From a virus: a stretch of DNA of 64,000 nucleotides. Position 1 is the stretch's first letter; each line of letters starts with the position of its first letter. The notes below the pieces were generated by a model. It was not told where the DNA came from, made no database searches, and saw only the letters and a program-made list of their open reading frames with translations. Both the position numbers and the translations under genes were made by a program. The stretch lies in the IMG/VR virus record IMGVR_UViG_3300035698_012088, positions 95,413-159,412 of that record. One strand, 5' to 3'. Below, one piece after another: positions 18,504 through 29,741 of the stretch.

Positions 18504-19676
18504 ATGGACGTTAATCACAACACCCTAGCAAAGCTTATTCACAAGTCATATTACACCACAATCCCTCTCTTTGTTAAAGGGACTACTGGTATCGGAAAAT
18601 CCCATACTATCAGAGAACAGGCAAAGATCATTGCTGCAAAGGAAGATCGGGAACTGGTAGACTGGAATTACCTTAGCAAAGAAGAGCATATCGCTTTGGC
18701 CACTGAGCCTGATAAGCTGAAGAAGCTTTTTATCCTTGCTGATGTAAGAATCAGTCAGATGGATCCCGGTGATCTCCGTGGTCTGCCATTCATGGTAACA
18801 CATGACATGGACGTAGCCAACAACTCAAAAATCTCTGACAAGAGGTTTGCCCGGTATGTAGAGTGGAGTCCTATGGCTTTGTTCCAGTGCATGTCACAGC
18901 ATGAGTGCAAAGGTCTTCTCTTCTTTGATGAGATGAACTTGGCCTCCCCCGCTGTACAGGCTGCTGCATATCAGATCATCTTGGATAGGTGCATTGGTGA
19001 GATTTCCCTCTCCCCTGGTGTTTCCGTCCTTGCTGCAGGTAATAGGGTTGAAGATAGAGCTAATGTATTCGAGATGGCAGCGCCCCTCAAGAATAGGTTC
19101 TCCCATATTAACTTAACACCCCCCACCATCAAAGAGTGGACTGATTTTGCCATTAAGGCAGATGTGGACTCTAGGATCATTACGTTCCTGCAGTTCAAGC
19201 CCAGCCTCTTGATGGCAGATCTGAGTAAGTTGGCTAAGTCCAAGACTGATGCCTTCCCTACTCCCAGATCTTGGGTATACTGCTCAAAACTTATCAGGGA
19301 CGAGAAGGGCATGGACTTTGTCCACACTCTTGCAGCCACGGCCATTGGAGATGGACCTGCCCTAGAATTTAAAGCATATGTCAAGCTGAATGATACCTTG
19401 GACATTAACGATCTCCTGAATCATCCAGAGAAGGTGAAGAAGATCGGGGCTTTGGACCTTAAGTGGTCCTTTGTGTCCGCAGTGTCTGAGATGTACAGAG
19501 CTGACAAGAAGCTCCTTACAAAGGTTATTGAAGTGTGTCCTCACATGGACCCAGACTTCAGCGTTAACTTACTTAGAATGATGAAAGCACATAACAAGAC
19601 ATCCTTTGTCACAGCCCTGACAAAGTCTCCTGAGTGCATTAAGATCGTAAAGCGGTACGCCAAGTACTTGGTGTAA
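18504..19676 (+). CDS. MoxR-like AAA+ ATPase
   Basis: GTTGIGKS, LLFFDEMN, AAGNR, PLKNRF and PTPRSW. Confidence 0.88.
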   Translation: MDVNHNTLAKLIHKSYYTTIPLFVKGTTGIGKSHTIREQAKIIAAKEDRELVDWNYLSKEEHIALATEPDKLKKLFILADVRISQMDPGDLRGLPFMVTHDMDVANNSKISDKRFARYVEWSPMALFQCMSQHECKGLLFFDEMNLASPAVQAAAYQIILDRCIGEISLSPGVSVLAAGNRVEDRANVFEMAAPLKNRFSHINLTPPTIKEWTDFAIKADVDSRIITFLQFKPSLLMADLSKLAKSKTDAFPTPRSWVYCSKLIRDEKGMDFVHTLAATAIGDGPALEFKAYVKLNDTLDINDLLNHPEKVKKIGALDLKWSFVSAVSEMYRADKKLLTKVIEVCPHMDPDFSVNLLRMMKAHNKTSFVTALTKSPECIKIVKRYAKYLV

Positions 19677-19690
19677 TCCTAGTAGTTTGT

Positions 19691-19720
19691 GGGGAGTGGT
19701 GTAAAAACCCTCCCCTTTTT
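19691..19720 (+). terminator. Intrinsic terminator
   Basis: GGGGAG..CTCCCC stem followed by T5. Confidence 0.6.
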
Positions 19721-19877
19721 ATTCAAGGAGAGTAGCATGTTAAGATTTTTCATGTGGACAATATTGTGGATTATCTGTTTAGGGTTTCCCACAATAAAAG
19801 TAAGCTATACTGATGGGTTGAATATACATCTTCATGGCTGGCAAGAATTAATTTTTAAGTAGTAGGAAGGAAAAACA

Positions 19878-21122
19878 GTGGAAAGTAAATTGTCCCCAAT
19901 TGATAAGATTATGAGGGCTAAGATTAAGCTTCAAGATGAGAAGCCGTTCTTCAGCTTTCTGATTATGCATCTCAATATTAAGAGAGATGATGTGAAGGTA
20001 CCCACAATGGGAGTGGATGCCAGAGGAAACCTATTTTATAATGAGTCTTTTATCGAGACCCTCTCAGAATCCCAACTCAAAGCAGTCTTGTGTCACGAAG
20101 TAGGTCACATTGTCTTTGAGCACTTAATGAGATATCAGGGCTTTGATCCTAAGGTTAAGAACATAGCAGATGACATAAAAGTTAATGATGTACTGGTAGA
20201 TGATGGAATCACTGATCTCCCCCAAGGAGGTCTGATCCCCAATAGACACCAGATCAATATTGGCGGGGTTAGTGTGGACAATATCCATGAAAAGACCTCA
20301 GAAGAGATCTATACAGAAATCTTTAAGATCAATAAGTCAAAGCTTCCAAAGGGCTTTGATATCCATTTTCCAGGCACTGGGGATGAAGACGGAGAAGGAG
20401 ATGGAGAAGGAGAGGGTGATGGAGAAGGCAATGACGGCCATACCCCAGGCATGAAGGGTCTCTCTGAACAAGAGGTCAAGAATAAATGGAAAGAAGTTAT
20501 CACCCAAGCCGCGACAATTGCTAGACAGAGAGGTACTCTCCCTGCTGGTATTGCCATTGCTATGGATGACTTACTTGAACCTAAGATGGACTGGAAGTCG
20601 ATGTTGTACAATTTCATCACCCAGGATATCATCTATGACTTCAATTATATGAGACCACATAAGAAATCTCACTCCACGGGTTTCTACTTCCCTCAAATTT
20701 ACAAAGAGAATATTGATCTAGTAGTACACTGGGATACTTCAGGCTCCATGCAGGGAGATACTCAGGAATGCCTAGATCAAATGTATGGGCTACTTAATGC
20801 CTTTAACAATATCAGAATTGACTGGGTCATCTGCGATGCAGCTATCCAGGGACATTTTGAACTGAATAGAGAAGATAGACTTGATCTCACAAGCTTTGAT
20901 ATCAGAGGTTGGGGTGGAACATCCCATATCCCTGTGGTGGACTGGATCAATGAAAATAGACCAAGCTGTAGACTTTTCATCTCCATGACAGATGGGTATT
21001 CCGATATCCAAAATTGTTATGATGAGCTACCTCCTTGTCACAAGATTATCTTGCTGCCTAAGGACTATGCTGGGATGAGAGAGCAACTAGAGGACTATGG
21101 TACCTGCATAGTTATGGAATAA
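19878..21122 (+). CDS. Metallopeptidase-like plus vWA domain protein (DUF2201 type)
   Basis: PTMGVD, LCHEVGH (HExxH), a GE/GD linker, MIDAS DTSGSM, GWGGTS and TDGY. Confidence 0.88.
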   Translation: MESKLSPIDKIMRAKIKLQDEKPFFSFLIMHLNIKRDDVKVPTMGVDARGNLFYNESFIETLSESQLKAVLCHEVGHIVFEHLMRYQGFDPKVKNIADDIKVNDVLVDDGITDLPQGGLIPNRHQINIGGVSVDNIHEKTSEEIYTEIFKINKSKLPKGFDIHFPGTGDEDGEGDGEGEGDGEGNDGHTPGMKGLSEQEVKNKWKEVITQAATIARQRGTLPAGIAIAMDDLLEPKMDWKSMLYNFITQDIIYDFNYMRPHKKSHSTGFYFPQIYKENIDLVVHWDTSGSMQGDTQECLDQMYGLLNAFNNIRIDWVICDAAIQGHFELNREDRLDLTSFDIRGWGGTSHIPVVDWINENRPSCRLFISMTDGYSDIQNCYDELPPCHKIILLPKDYAGMREQLEDYGTCIVME

Positions 21123-21677
21123 TGAAAAAGATATTAGAGATACATACAAGGGCTCCTCCTTCCTACCATTATGGAGGGAGGAGTTCCTTTTCTGATAGTT
21201 CAACCTCCACTACCCCAGTATTCAATTCACTAAGGAATAGAAAGCCAGGACTATGCGTGAAATCTGCACAGAATGCGGTGAAATTAAAGAAGTTGAGGAA
21301 GTACTCTTCCAAAGCTACTTTGCTCCCCCAGAACACCCAAAAGGCACAAAAATGTCAGACATCACTGACCAAGAAGCCTTTGAATTAGTAAGAGGAGAGG
21401 GAGCAGTATCTAGACTTTTATGCGAAGCATGTAAAACCTTACTCATAGATGTTTTTGAATTCCCTCTATATGAAGAGGTGCTAATGGAAGAAGTCACAGA
21501 GGAACATACCCCAACACCATTTACTGGAGAGCAGATGGAAGAAGCTAAGGCACAGCTGAAAACTATCTTCGGAGAAGGTGATGAATTAGACAAAGCTATG
21601 GAAGCATTAGAGAAACAACAGAAGGACCTCTTAGAGGCTAATGAAAAAGCTGAAGAAACAACAGTGGAGGAAGACAC

Positions 21678-22001
21678 ATGACAGATATCGTAGCCCAATA
21701 TTCCATTACAGATACAACTAGGAACCAAAAGGTTGTCTTCACATTAAAAGATGTGACAGAAGACACAACCCTAACAATGCATATAGATATCACCAAAGCG
21801 TCAACCGGTGTCTCTATAATGGATAGAACGTGTAAGAACTGGCCGCTCAAGAAAGCGCTTAAAACAATAGATACCTTAAGGGGCGTAAATAAAAAGATGT
21901 ACTCCCCTCAGCTAAATATGAGAGGCCAGGTAGAAGTTCTTAAGGATATATCTGAAGAAGATAGAGTAGAGATGGTAGCAATGATAGCGAGCAAGGAGTA
22001 A
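21678..22001 (+). CDS. Hypothetical protein, paralog of the next gene
   Basis: AQYSITD..KVVFT and YSPQLNMRG. Confidence 0.65.
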   Translation: MTDIVAQYSITDTTRNQKVVFTLKDVTEDTTLTMHIDITKASTGVSIMDRTCKNWPLKKALKTIDTLRGVNKKMYSPQLNMRGQVEVLKDISEEDRVEMVAMIASKE

Positions 22002-22003
22002 CA

Positions 22004-22333
22004 ATGGGCAAAAAGAACGTGACAGCAAAGTATTCTATATCAGATAAGAATAAGAATAAGAAAGCGGTATTTACTTTCTCATATGTTCCCGGGGAAACTA
22101 AGGTTTCTGTAGGGATTGAGATCTCCAGCCTGGACGATGATAAGACCCTGCTGGACAGAGAAGTATCTGGATATCCTATCTCCAGAGTACTTAAACTGGT
22201 AGATAAGTTCAATAATTCAGAAGTAGTGTATTCTCCTCAGCTCCACCTTAGAGGCGAATCAGAAATTATTAAAGACCTTAGTCAAGCAGACAAAGACCTA
22301 ATGGCAGCCAGTGTGGTATGTGAGGAGCTATAA
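22004..22333 (+). CDS. Hypothetical protein, paralog of the previous gene
   Basis: AKYSISD..KAVFT and YSPQLHLRG. Confidence 0.65.
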   Translation: MGKKNVTAKYSISDKNKNKKAVFTFSYVPGETKVSVGIEISSLDDDKTLLDREVSGYPISRVLKLVDKFNNSEVVYSPQLHLRGESEIIKDLSQADKDLMAASVVCEEL

Positions 22334-23106
22334 TGTGTTTTGGACGAGGCATCTTGGGAACAGTGTTCTCTAAGTTTGGAACAGGTACAGGTGATGTAAA
22401 AGCCACCTTGCCTGACCCTGAGTTCTTTTCCCATTCTGAGTACTATATGGATAACCTAGAAGCCGTAGAGAGCACTAAAAATACTATAAAGAATACACAG
22501 AGATATACAGGAATATTCAATGATATGGTCCTGGGCATGGGCATATTCACAACAAAGAAGACTGTGGATAGTGTAGGTGTAACATCTGCTAAGTATATGC
22601 ATCACCAGCGCACATTTGACACCGGCTTCAACCAAGGTACCTTCTCAAGTGCCCCAGACCATGAGAAGTTAGTTAGAGCAATGGCCCATAAGCCTGACTC
22701 TAAAGGCGCCCAGATGGAGTACTATAAGGTTAAGAAGAAATCTAAACCTTTAGGACATGTGCATTTAGAATGTAAGACATGGGTCTACCAGGATAGTGAC
22801 TTTAAGGAACACACCCTTAAGCTTAACCTGGTGAAGTCCAAGAATAGCCCTGATCTTGAAGAGGGTACACGAGATGCATTACTCATGCTTCTACAGTACT
22901 CTTCTGAAGACACAAAACATTATGGGATATTTAGAGACCCTTTGGGCTATTACTTTAGAGGCCTCTATTACTTACTTTACTCCCAGGCAATGCACTCTAT
23001 GGCGTATATGAATAGCCTAAGAGTGTTCCCTACTAAGCTAGACTTGAGCTTACCTAATAAGTCTAATGACTACCTAACAGTATTACAAAGCGTAGAACAG
23101 CTATAG
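22333..23106 (+). CDS. Hypothetical protein
   Basis: TAATG-coupled 257-aa ORF. Confidence 0.55.
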   Translation: MCFGRGILGTVFSKFGTGTGDVKATLPDPEFFSHSEYYMDNLEAVESTKNTIKNTQRYTGIFNDMVLGMGIFTTKKTVDSVGVTSAKYMHHQRTFDTGFNQGTFSSAPDHEKLVRAMAHKPDSKGAQMEYYKVKKKSKPLGHVHLECKTWVYQDSDFKEHTLKLNLVKSKNSPDLEEGTRDALLMLLQYSSEDTKHYGIFRDPLGYYFRGLYYLLYSQAMHSMAYMNSLRVFPTKLDLSLPNKSNDYLTVLQSVEQL

Positions 23107-23118
23107 AAAGAGAGGATT

Positions 23119-24159
23119 ATGTATTTTTCTGAACGCGGCCTAGAAGCCGTAGCATGTGATGATAACAGTTTCTTATATCTTGTAAAAGATTTATTCTTGG
23201 ATGAGGAGGACGCTATAGAAGAAAGACACTCTGTATCTGGCTCCGGTGAGACCAAGGGTACAAACTATACAGGATATATATCTAACATATATAAAAGGGA
23301 TATGGAGACTGTATGTAATAGTAAACTGATAGCCTATGCAGTATTCTTCAATAAAACCTTAACTGGAATGAAGTTTGGATTATCTGAAGAGAAGTGTCTT
23401 TTCTTAACTACTGAGGGAGAGGGTGGAAAAGAGGAGACCCTAGGCATCTCCTCCGTAGTTTGTGAGCATAAGGAAACATATGAATCTCCCTCAATATATG
23501 CAGTAGTCCAAACACCTAAAGGTAAATATAAGGGGATCATGGTACATAAATCCCAGACCCCTAAAGATAAAACATCTGCGCAGTTGTATGCGGTTTTGAA
23601 GGGAGATTATGGTATAACTAGTAATCAGGGCTTCAATATCTCAGATAATACCAAATCCAATAAGGTAATTATGTTTAGAGAGACAAAGGATATCTGGACA
23701 GCAGTATATCAGATAAAAAGAGCATATGAAACCTCTCCTAAAAATCTCTTAAGTGTAAAATGTAGTAAAGGTCTAGTACCTAGAATAAGGAGAGCTATGG
23801 AAAAGGAAACTCCAGTCAACGGAGATGTCATTTGGACAGGAGTATTTGATATTCCTGAGAAGAAAGATGCACTAACAAGTCACCGATTTATATTTAGCAT
23901 TGCAGAAAAAGATAATAACTTTAGCTATTATGAAGTATCCCATAGAACTAAAGGTAAACATAAGAAAATACAGACTAATACCTTTATGAAGGTATATAAG
24001 GGGATGAGAGTTATGGATAAACAAACTGAGAATTTAACAGACTCACCGGAGAACAAAGTACTCCTGGCCTTAGGGGTAAGACTTGTAGCAGAGTCTAATG
24101 ACATGCCTGAAAACCTTAAGGATATTCTAAAGACAAAGCTGGTAGTAGAGGAGCTGTAA
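23119..24159 (+). CDS. Hypothetical protein
   Basis: 346-aa ORF with SD GAGG. Confidence 0.55.
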   Translation: MYFSERGLEAVACDDNSFLYLVKDLFLDEEDAIEERHSVSGSGETKGTNYTGYISNIYKRDMETVCNSKLIAYAVFFNKTLTGMKFGLSEEKCLFLTTEGEGGKEETLGISSVVCEHKETYESPSIYAVVQTPKGKYKGIMVHKSQTPKDKTSAQLYAVLKGDYGITSNQGFNISDNTKSNKVIMFRETKDIWTAVYQIKRAYETSPKNLLSVKCSKGLVPRIRRAMEKETPVNGDVIWTGVFDIPEKKDALTSHRFIFSIAEKDNNFSYYEVSHRTKGKHKKIQTNTFMKVYKGMRVMDKQTENLTDSPENKVLLALGVRLVAESNDMPENLKDILKTKLVVEEL

Positions 24160-25025
24160 TGAAAAAAGGTATAGGTGTAGGCGTAATAACTTGTGAAAGC
24201 CCTAAATTCTTATCTGGATGTATGTTTACTCTTCCCGATTCAGAGTATTTAACTTTAGTGAATGACGGAACAGAAGAGAGCCTAGCCCCTGCCTTAATAG
24301 ATATCCCCTCTGCAGCCCATATAATGACTACACCTAAACCTAGAAGTGGGGTAGCCATAGCAAAGAACATGGCTATAAAAGATCTTCTTGATAAAGGATG
24401 TGATCATATCTTTATAGTAGAAGATGACATGGTATTCCTAAGACACTATACTTGGGAAAAATATATAGAACTATCTAAGATAACAGGTATACAGCATTTC
24501 AACTTTGGGTTCCACGGTAAAGGGAACATGGATATGGAGTATAAACCTGCTCCTAAGTATGTACTAGAGTACCCCGGAGCAACTCTGTGTATAAATAGTG
24601 TTGTAACAGGTGCGTGTTCATACTATAGTAGAGTTTCTTTAGAAGAGATTGGATATATGGATACTAAGTTCTATAATGCTTGGGAACACATAGAACATAC
24701 TTACAGAATGTCTCTGGCAGGGTTCACTACACCCTTTTGGAACTTCGCAGACTTAGGAAGGAGTTATCAGTATATAGAGGAGCAGGAGACATCTGGGTTT
24801 GTAGTAAAGAATGAAGAACATGTTATGTCAGGTTTACATTGGTTTAAATATAAGCACAACTTAGCACATGGCCCCAATAAGAATTCAGGACTTCCTATAG
24901 AATACGCGTCAACAGATGAGGTATATAAGTCTTTAAGAGCTATACATAGTAAGTACAGTGAAGTCGAGATGCAGGAGGACCAATGGTTGACTATAAAACA
25001 CACCTTAGATGAAAAAGATGGATAA
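24159..25025 (+). CDS. Glycosyltransferase family 2 (GT-A fold)
   Basis: GVGVITC, LVNDG, GVAIAKN, IFIVEDD, IGYMD and WEHIEHTYR. Confidence 0.8.
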   Translation: MKKGIGVGVITCESPKFLSGCMFTLPDSEYLTLVNDGTEESLAPALIDIPSAAHIMTTPKPRSGVAIAKNMAIKDLLDKGCDHIFIVEDDMVFLRHYTWEKYIELSKITGIQHFNFGFHGKGNMDMEYKPAPKYVLEYPGATLCINSVVTGACSYYSRVSLEEIGYMDTKFYNAWEHIEHTYRMSLAGFTTPFWNFADLGRSYQYIEEQETSGFVVKNEEHVMSGLHWFKYKHNLAHGPNKNSGLPIEYASTDEVYKSLRAIHSKYSEVEMQEDQWLTIKHTLDEKDG

Positions 25026-25189
25026 AGAGGATAAAGAAAACCTAATATCTATATTAGAGTTCTGTACAGAAACTGTAGAAGCCTTAAAAAGAATGGACGC
25101 AGAAACAAAAAGGTTACAAACAGAAGTAGCCAAGTGCAGAAGAGAACTACATGACATTAAAACCAAAAATCCATACTTAGAACTATAGA

Positions 25190-25266
25190 TTCCCTGTAGT
25201 GTAATGGTTTTAGCACAGAATCCTTTGGAGATTTTAGTCTTGGTTCGAGTCCAGGCAGGGAAGCCA
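25190..25266 (+). tRNA. tRNA-Gln(UUG)
   Basis: TTCCCTG/CAGGGAA-G-CCA, anticodon loop CTTTGGA and T loop TTCGAGT. Confidence 0.92.
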
Positions 25267-25328
25267 GCTTTTCATAACACTTGTATTGTGAAAACCCTTC
25301 ATGTATAGTATATGTGAAGGAGACACCA

Positions 25329-25730
25329 ATGCAGAAAATATGTTGTACATGTGAGGAGAGCTTGCCTCTTGAAGCATTTAGTGTGAATAAGTCAAAGAAA
25401 GACGGCTTAAACCTGAAGTGCAAAGAGTGTAATAAAGCTTACCAAAAAGAACACTATAAGAAGAACCCTAAATACTATAAAGAGAAGAACACGATTAGGC
25501 GTATAGCGACACAGAAGTGGTGGCAGAAACATAAGTCATCCTTAGAATGTGAGATTTGTGGAGAAAAGTATTCTTACTGTCTCCAGTTCCACCACAAAGA
25601 CCCCTCTAAGAAAGAGGGAACCATATCTAATATGATAAGGCACTGTTCTAAACAGAAGTTACTTGATGAGATAGATAAGTGTATCGTACTTTGTGCAAAC
25701 TGTCACATAAAAACCCATCACCCAGAATGA
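25329..25730 (+). CDS. Free-standing HNH endonuclease between two tRNA genes
   Basis: LQFHHKDPSKKE...EIDKCIVLCANCHIKTH; related to 10419..11069. Confidence 0.8.
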   Translation: MQKICCTCEESLPLEAFSVNKSKKDGLNLKCKECNKAYQKEHYKKNPKYYKEKNTIRRIATQKWWQKHKSSLECEICGEKYSYCLQFHHKDPSKKEGTISNMIRHCSKQKLLDEIDKCIVLCANCHIKTHHPE

Positions 25731-25736
25731 ACTAAT

Positions 25737-25809
25737 GGCTCCATCATCTAGAGGCCTAGGATGCGAGATTTTCAGTCTCGTCACGCCGATTCGAATTCGG
25801 CTGGAGCTA
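25737..25809 (+). tRNA. tRNA-Glu(UUC)
   Basis: GGCTCCA/TGGAGCT, CGAGA-TTTTCAG-TCTCG and T loop TTCGAAT; no encoded CCA. Confidence 0.9.
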
Positions 25810-25842
25810 AAGACCAACCTGTAAGAAAGAAAAGAAAAGAAA

Positions 25843-26397
25843 ATGCAAACAGTAAAAGACGTAGCAGAAACATTTAAGTTCAACACCATTGATGTTGACT
25901 TTAAAGCAGCTCCCTGCATAGTTGAGTATGTGAAGGAAAGGACCTATAAAAGGGTCTTCTGCCAGGCATGTTCCACAGCACGACCAGTAGAGGCCACTTG
26001 CCCAGATTGTGGTGCCAAGCTCCTTGATCCCGAATCTGATGCCCTCCCTCTCCCAGTCTTCCTTCAGAAGGCCGGCAACAAGAGGGGGGCCATGGCAGCA
26101 GTCTATGACGAGCAAGCTGGCAAGGTATTTGTAGGGTGGAGCCTGTACAACGATAAGATGGAGGAATTCTCCTTCCAGAACTCCGAGGCTATGAAGATTG
26201 CTCTCCAGAGGGCTTGTTCTGCAGCCAAGGGAAAGACTTTTAAGACTCTCCCCCAAACAGTTCATACCCAGATGGAATTCTTTAAACATAAGGTTGCCAG
26301 GCAGTTCGAAGTGGATGATGACAAAGTAGTGAGTATTTCAGAATATGAACCCAACCAAAAAGTCGAGAAAATCGAAAACGACGATCCCGTTGAATGA
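25843..26397 (+). CDS. Hypothetical Zn-ribbon protein
   Basis: CQAC...CPDCG and VFVGWS. Confidence 0.5.
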   Translation: MQTVKDVAETFKFNTIDVDFKAAPCIVEYVKERTYKRVFCQACSTARPVEATCPDCGAKLLDPESDALPLPVFLQKAGNKRGAMAAVYDEQAGKVFVGWSLYNDKMEEFSFQNSEAMKIALQRACSAAKGKTFKTLPQTVHTQMEFFKHKVARQFEVDDDKVVSISEYEPNQKVEKIENDDPVE

Positions 26398-26652
26398 AAT
26401 AGATATAAATAAGCCGGGGATCTGGATAGTTCAACACACTAAGCATTCAAAGGAAAGTAACTATGTGTGCAGAATTGGAGAGCTTCCAGATCCCCTTAGC
26501 CGATTAAAGATAGAGATGCATAAGAAAGACTTCTTAGAGGCTATGACAGAGATACATGAGGAATGGGAGGGCAAACCTATGTCTATAAATGAATATGCAA
26601 ACAGTGTATTCAACCTGTTCCTAGAGAAATTGAATGAAAAGGAGATAGATTT

Positions 26653-27744
26653 GTGAGTCAAATGAGAAAGGTACTCTCCTATGGGGATGTACTTTTAGCC
26701 CCCAGATACTCTAAATGTAAGCACAAATCAGATGCAAATCTGGGATATCAGTATGATGCAAATATTGAATTCTGTGCAGTACCTTTGATAAATGCCCCTA
26801 TGGATACAGCAGGACATAGTGGATTAGTAGATTACTTATATCATAAATGTGATATGCCTGCAACAGTACATAGATTCTTTCCCAATGTCTCAGAGCAGAT
26901 ACACTTCTTAGAGGAGACCTTTGATCCAGTAGAACTAGTACATGGTTCTAAGATCTTTGTTGCTGTAGGGTCTGTATACAAATGGAAAGACTGGATTGAT
27001 TCCTTATTGGAATATAGAGAAAGCAAAGACCTTAATTTTGGTATCTTAGTAGACATGGCCAATGGAGATACAGCAGCTTGTGTAGATACAGTAAAATACC
27101 TGACAGATGTTAAGTGTTTTACAGGCAACTTAATGGCAGGTAATGTAGCCACCAAGTCTGGACTAGAGAGACTCTGGGAAGCCGGAGCTAACTTTATAAG
27201 AGTTGGAATAGGTAGTGGAAGTATCTGCAGCACAAGGATTAACACAGGGTTTGGAATTCCTGTATTTTCTTCTTTGCTAGACTGTGCTTCTATTAAACCA
27301 GATGCCTGTTACATAGTTGCTTGTGGAGGATGTGAAGAACCCGGAGATATTCTAAAAGCTATAGCTGCAGGAGCAGATATGGTTATGTGTGGTAAACTTT
27401 TTGCAGCTACAAGTTTAGCTGGAGGAGCTACCTATACTAAAGATTTAAAGGAAACATTAAAAGAAGATGAGAAATACTACAAAGCTTATCATGGAATGGC
27501 CTCAGCAAAGGCCCAGGAGTTAATAGGAAGTGAAGAACATAAAGCAAGTATTGAAGGAGTCTCAGGTCTTATCAGATATTCTGGAAGAACTGAAGATGTG
27601 GTACAAGGGATATTGCAAAATCTTAGATCAGCGATGACCTACTATGCCGGAGTCACCAATTGGAATGAGTTTCAAAGGAAAACCAAATTCCTTGAGATCA
27701 CCCCAGCTGGAAGAAAAGAGTCAGAAACAAGGGTGTTTGATTAA
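26653..27744 (+). CDS. IMP dehydrogenase/GMP reductase family protein (no CBS domains)
   Basis: LSYGDVLLAP, APMDT, VDMANG, AGNVAT, RVGIGSGSICSTR, YHGMAS and EGVSG. Confidence 0.88.
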   Translation: MSQMRKVLSYGDVLLAPRYSKCKHKSDANLGYQYDANIEFCAVPLINAPMDTAGHSGLVDYLYHKCDMPATVHRFFPNVSEQIHFLEETFDPVELVHGSKIFVAVGSVYKWKDWIDSLLEYRESKDLNFGILVDMANGDTAACVDTVKYLTDVKCFTGNLMAGNVATKSGLERLWEAGANFIRVGIGSGSICSTRINTGFGIPVFSSLLDCASIKPDACYIVACGGCEEPGDILKAIAAGADMVMCGKLFAATSLAGGATYTKDLKETLKEDEKYYKAYHGMASAKAQELIGSEEHKASIEGVSGLIRYSGRTEDVVQGILQNLRSAMTYYAGVTNWNEFQRKTKFLEITPAGRKESETRVFD

Positions 27745-29183
27745 TGAAAGAACAGTTCAGGATTGTAAGTGACAGACATATCTTAACCTATGTGATATTC
27801 TTGGGAAGCATAACAGGTGTAGCGACCTATTGTGGTTTAGGTACATTCACAAGTTTCATAGAATACATGGTATATACCATTATCATAGCTGCATGTATTT
27901 GGCACCATGGGCATGACTGTACTGATCTAGCCCTTGCAGCTAAGAAATGTAAAGGTCCACAAGATGTCCAACCATTTCTGGAAGCTGCTGTTAAGTTCTC
28001 TGGAGTACTAGATAATAACACAGGTATTGTAATAAAGAATGTTGAGGTGAAAGACCCTAAGATCGAGGAGGATTCCCCAGATGAAGGTCTTTGAAGCTAC
28101 GGTATCTGTAGAATATACTTTACACATAATGGCTGAGAACGAGGCCGAGGTAGAAGAAATATCTTCTGGTATAGACCCAGGTGATTGTGGTGACGTTGAG
28201 AACAGTGTGTGGTGCAGGGAGATACTAAATCCAGAAGGTTGGGAACATAACTATCCAGACAATGGCAACGGGAAACTTACTATAGCAGATATTATTCTTA
28301 GTCAACAAGAAGATGAAGAAGCAACTTTAGAAGAAATAGAGAAGAAGAAGTTTGATGTAGAACACCAGATGAAGTTCCCTTTTTGGGAAAACATGGGAGA
28401 TGAAGATGAAAATAGTAGAGATGCCAGTATTTGAAGATCCTGAAGAAGTACCTGATGAACCAGTGGCCCCAGCTCTTATGTCCTCTTTGAGTAACTGTCC
28501 AGCCTGTGGTGTAAGAATAGCTCTCTGTGGATGGAAACAACATACCATTAAGGCTAAGTGGGATTCTGTCACCAGTTCAGATGGAAACATAAGAATCTCT
28601 GGGTTTGACATTACCTGTGATAATTGTGAGTTTACTTGGCATGAGCCACTGCCTAAATTCATAAATATCCCTGAACTCTTAGAGGCAGCAGAAAATGAAA
28701 CTAAACAGGATAAGTAAGACAGGTTTTACAGATCATTTACATGTGTCTGGCCTAAAGAAGTCTCTCCTAGGAGAGACTTCTGAAGGTCAGTACTATATAG
28801 CCCTATGTATAAGAGAGATGAGAAAGACAATGTCATGGAGCAGTAAGCTAAGGAGAGAGAGCTTATACTTTGACGGCTATTGTCTAATGATAAAGAAGGA
28901 ATCCCACCGGATCTTTTGCTGTAGTATAGATGTAGAAGCAGACATACTTGCAGGGCCTCCTAATGAGATGGATTTACTTTGTACTTCAGTGCAGGGCCAT
29001 GACAGAGAAGGACAAGTAGGAGATATAGAGAATATAGGAGAAGTCCTTGATAAATATGGGATCCCCGAAATGGGAGTATATTCAGATATAGACAGAGAAG
29101 AATTCGCATTAGATCTTATTTTGTACAACCTATAGGATCTAGCAACACTTATTCGTAAAAGGAGATAAAAATGGAAATGAATT

Positions 29184-29741
29184 ATGGTATGGTTAGAGGA
29201 TTGGATAAAGAAAGAAGTGACCCCTAAAATAAGAGAGCAAGCTAGAAAACTATCTCTTATTAGAAATGGCCCTAAGGATGGGGCTACGCAGCAATCAGGA
29301 AGAAACCACTGGCAAGGAGGCCTAGGGGAATATGAGGTTGCGGACTGGTGGGATGATCCTAATGTGAAGGTAGATGAGGACAGTTATGGCAAAGAAGGCG
29401 ATGAAGGTTTTGATTTTGATATCCCAGGGGTTGGTACAGTAGATGTAAAAACTCCAGAGTATCACAAGGGAGATCCTCTCCTAAAGGTGTCCCCTGAGAA
29501 GATAGAGGAGGGTAAAGCAGATTACTATCTCCTTGCCACAGTGGACTTACAAAACTATACCTTAGAAACCGTCCCCAAGGTTGCCCTTATAGGCATTGCC
29601 AGTAGAGAAGATATTCTGGAGAACACAAAGCCTAAAATGATAGGTGGAGTTTTAAGCCATGTTACTTCAATACATGACCCCTGGCTCAAACCCCTTAAGG
29701 AATTTAAAGCAAATGTACAAAATTATGGAAAAGAAAAATGA
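29184..29741 (+). CDS. PD-(D/E)XK nuclease-like protein
   Basis: GGLGEYEV...GDEGFDF...VDVKT. Confidence 0.5.
   Translation: MVWLEDWIKKEVTPKIREQARKLSLIRNGPKDGATQQSGRNHWQGGLGEYEVADWWDDPNVKVDEDSYGKEGDEGFDFDIPGVGTVDVKTPEYHKGDPLLKVSPEKIEEGKADYYLLATVDLQNYTLETVPKVALIGIASREDILENTKPKMIGGVLSHVTSIHDPWLKPLKEFKANVQNYGKEK

Noticed and set aside
20380-20435. GGAGA(A/T) repeat as a DNA repeat element
   Set aside because: It encodes the Gly/Glu/Asp linker typical of DUF2201-type proteins.
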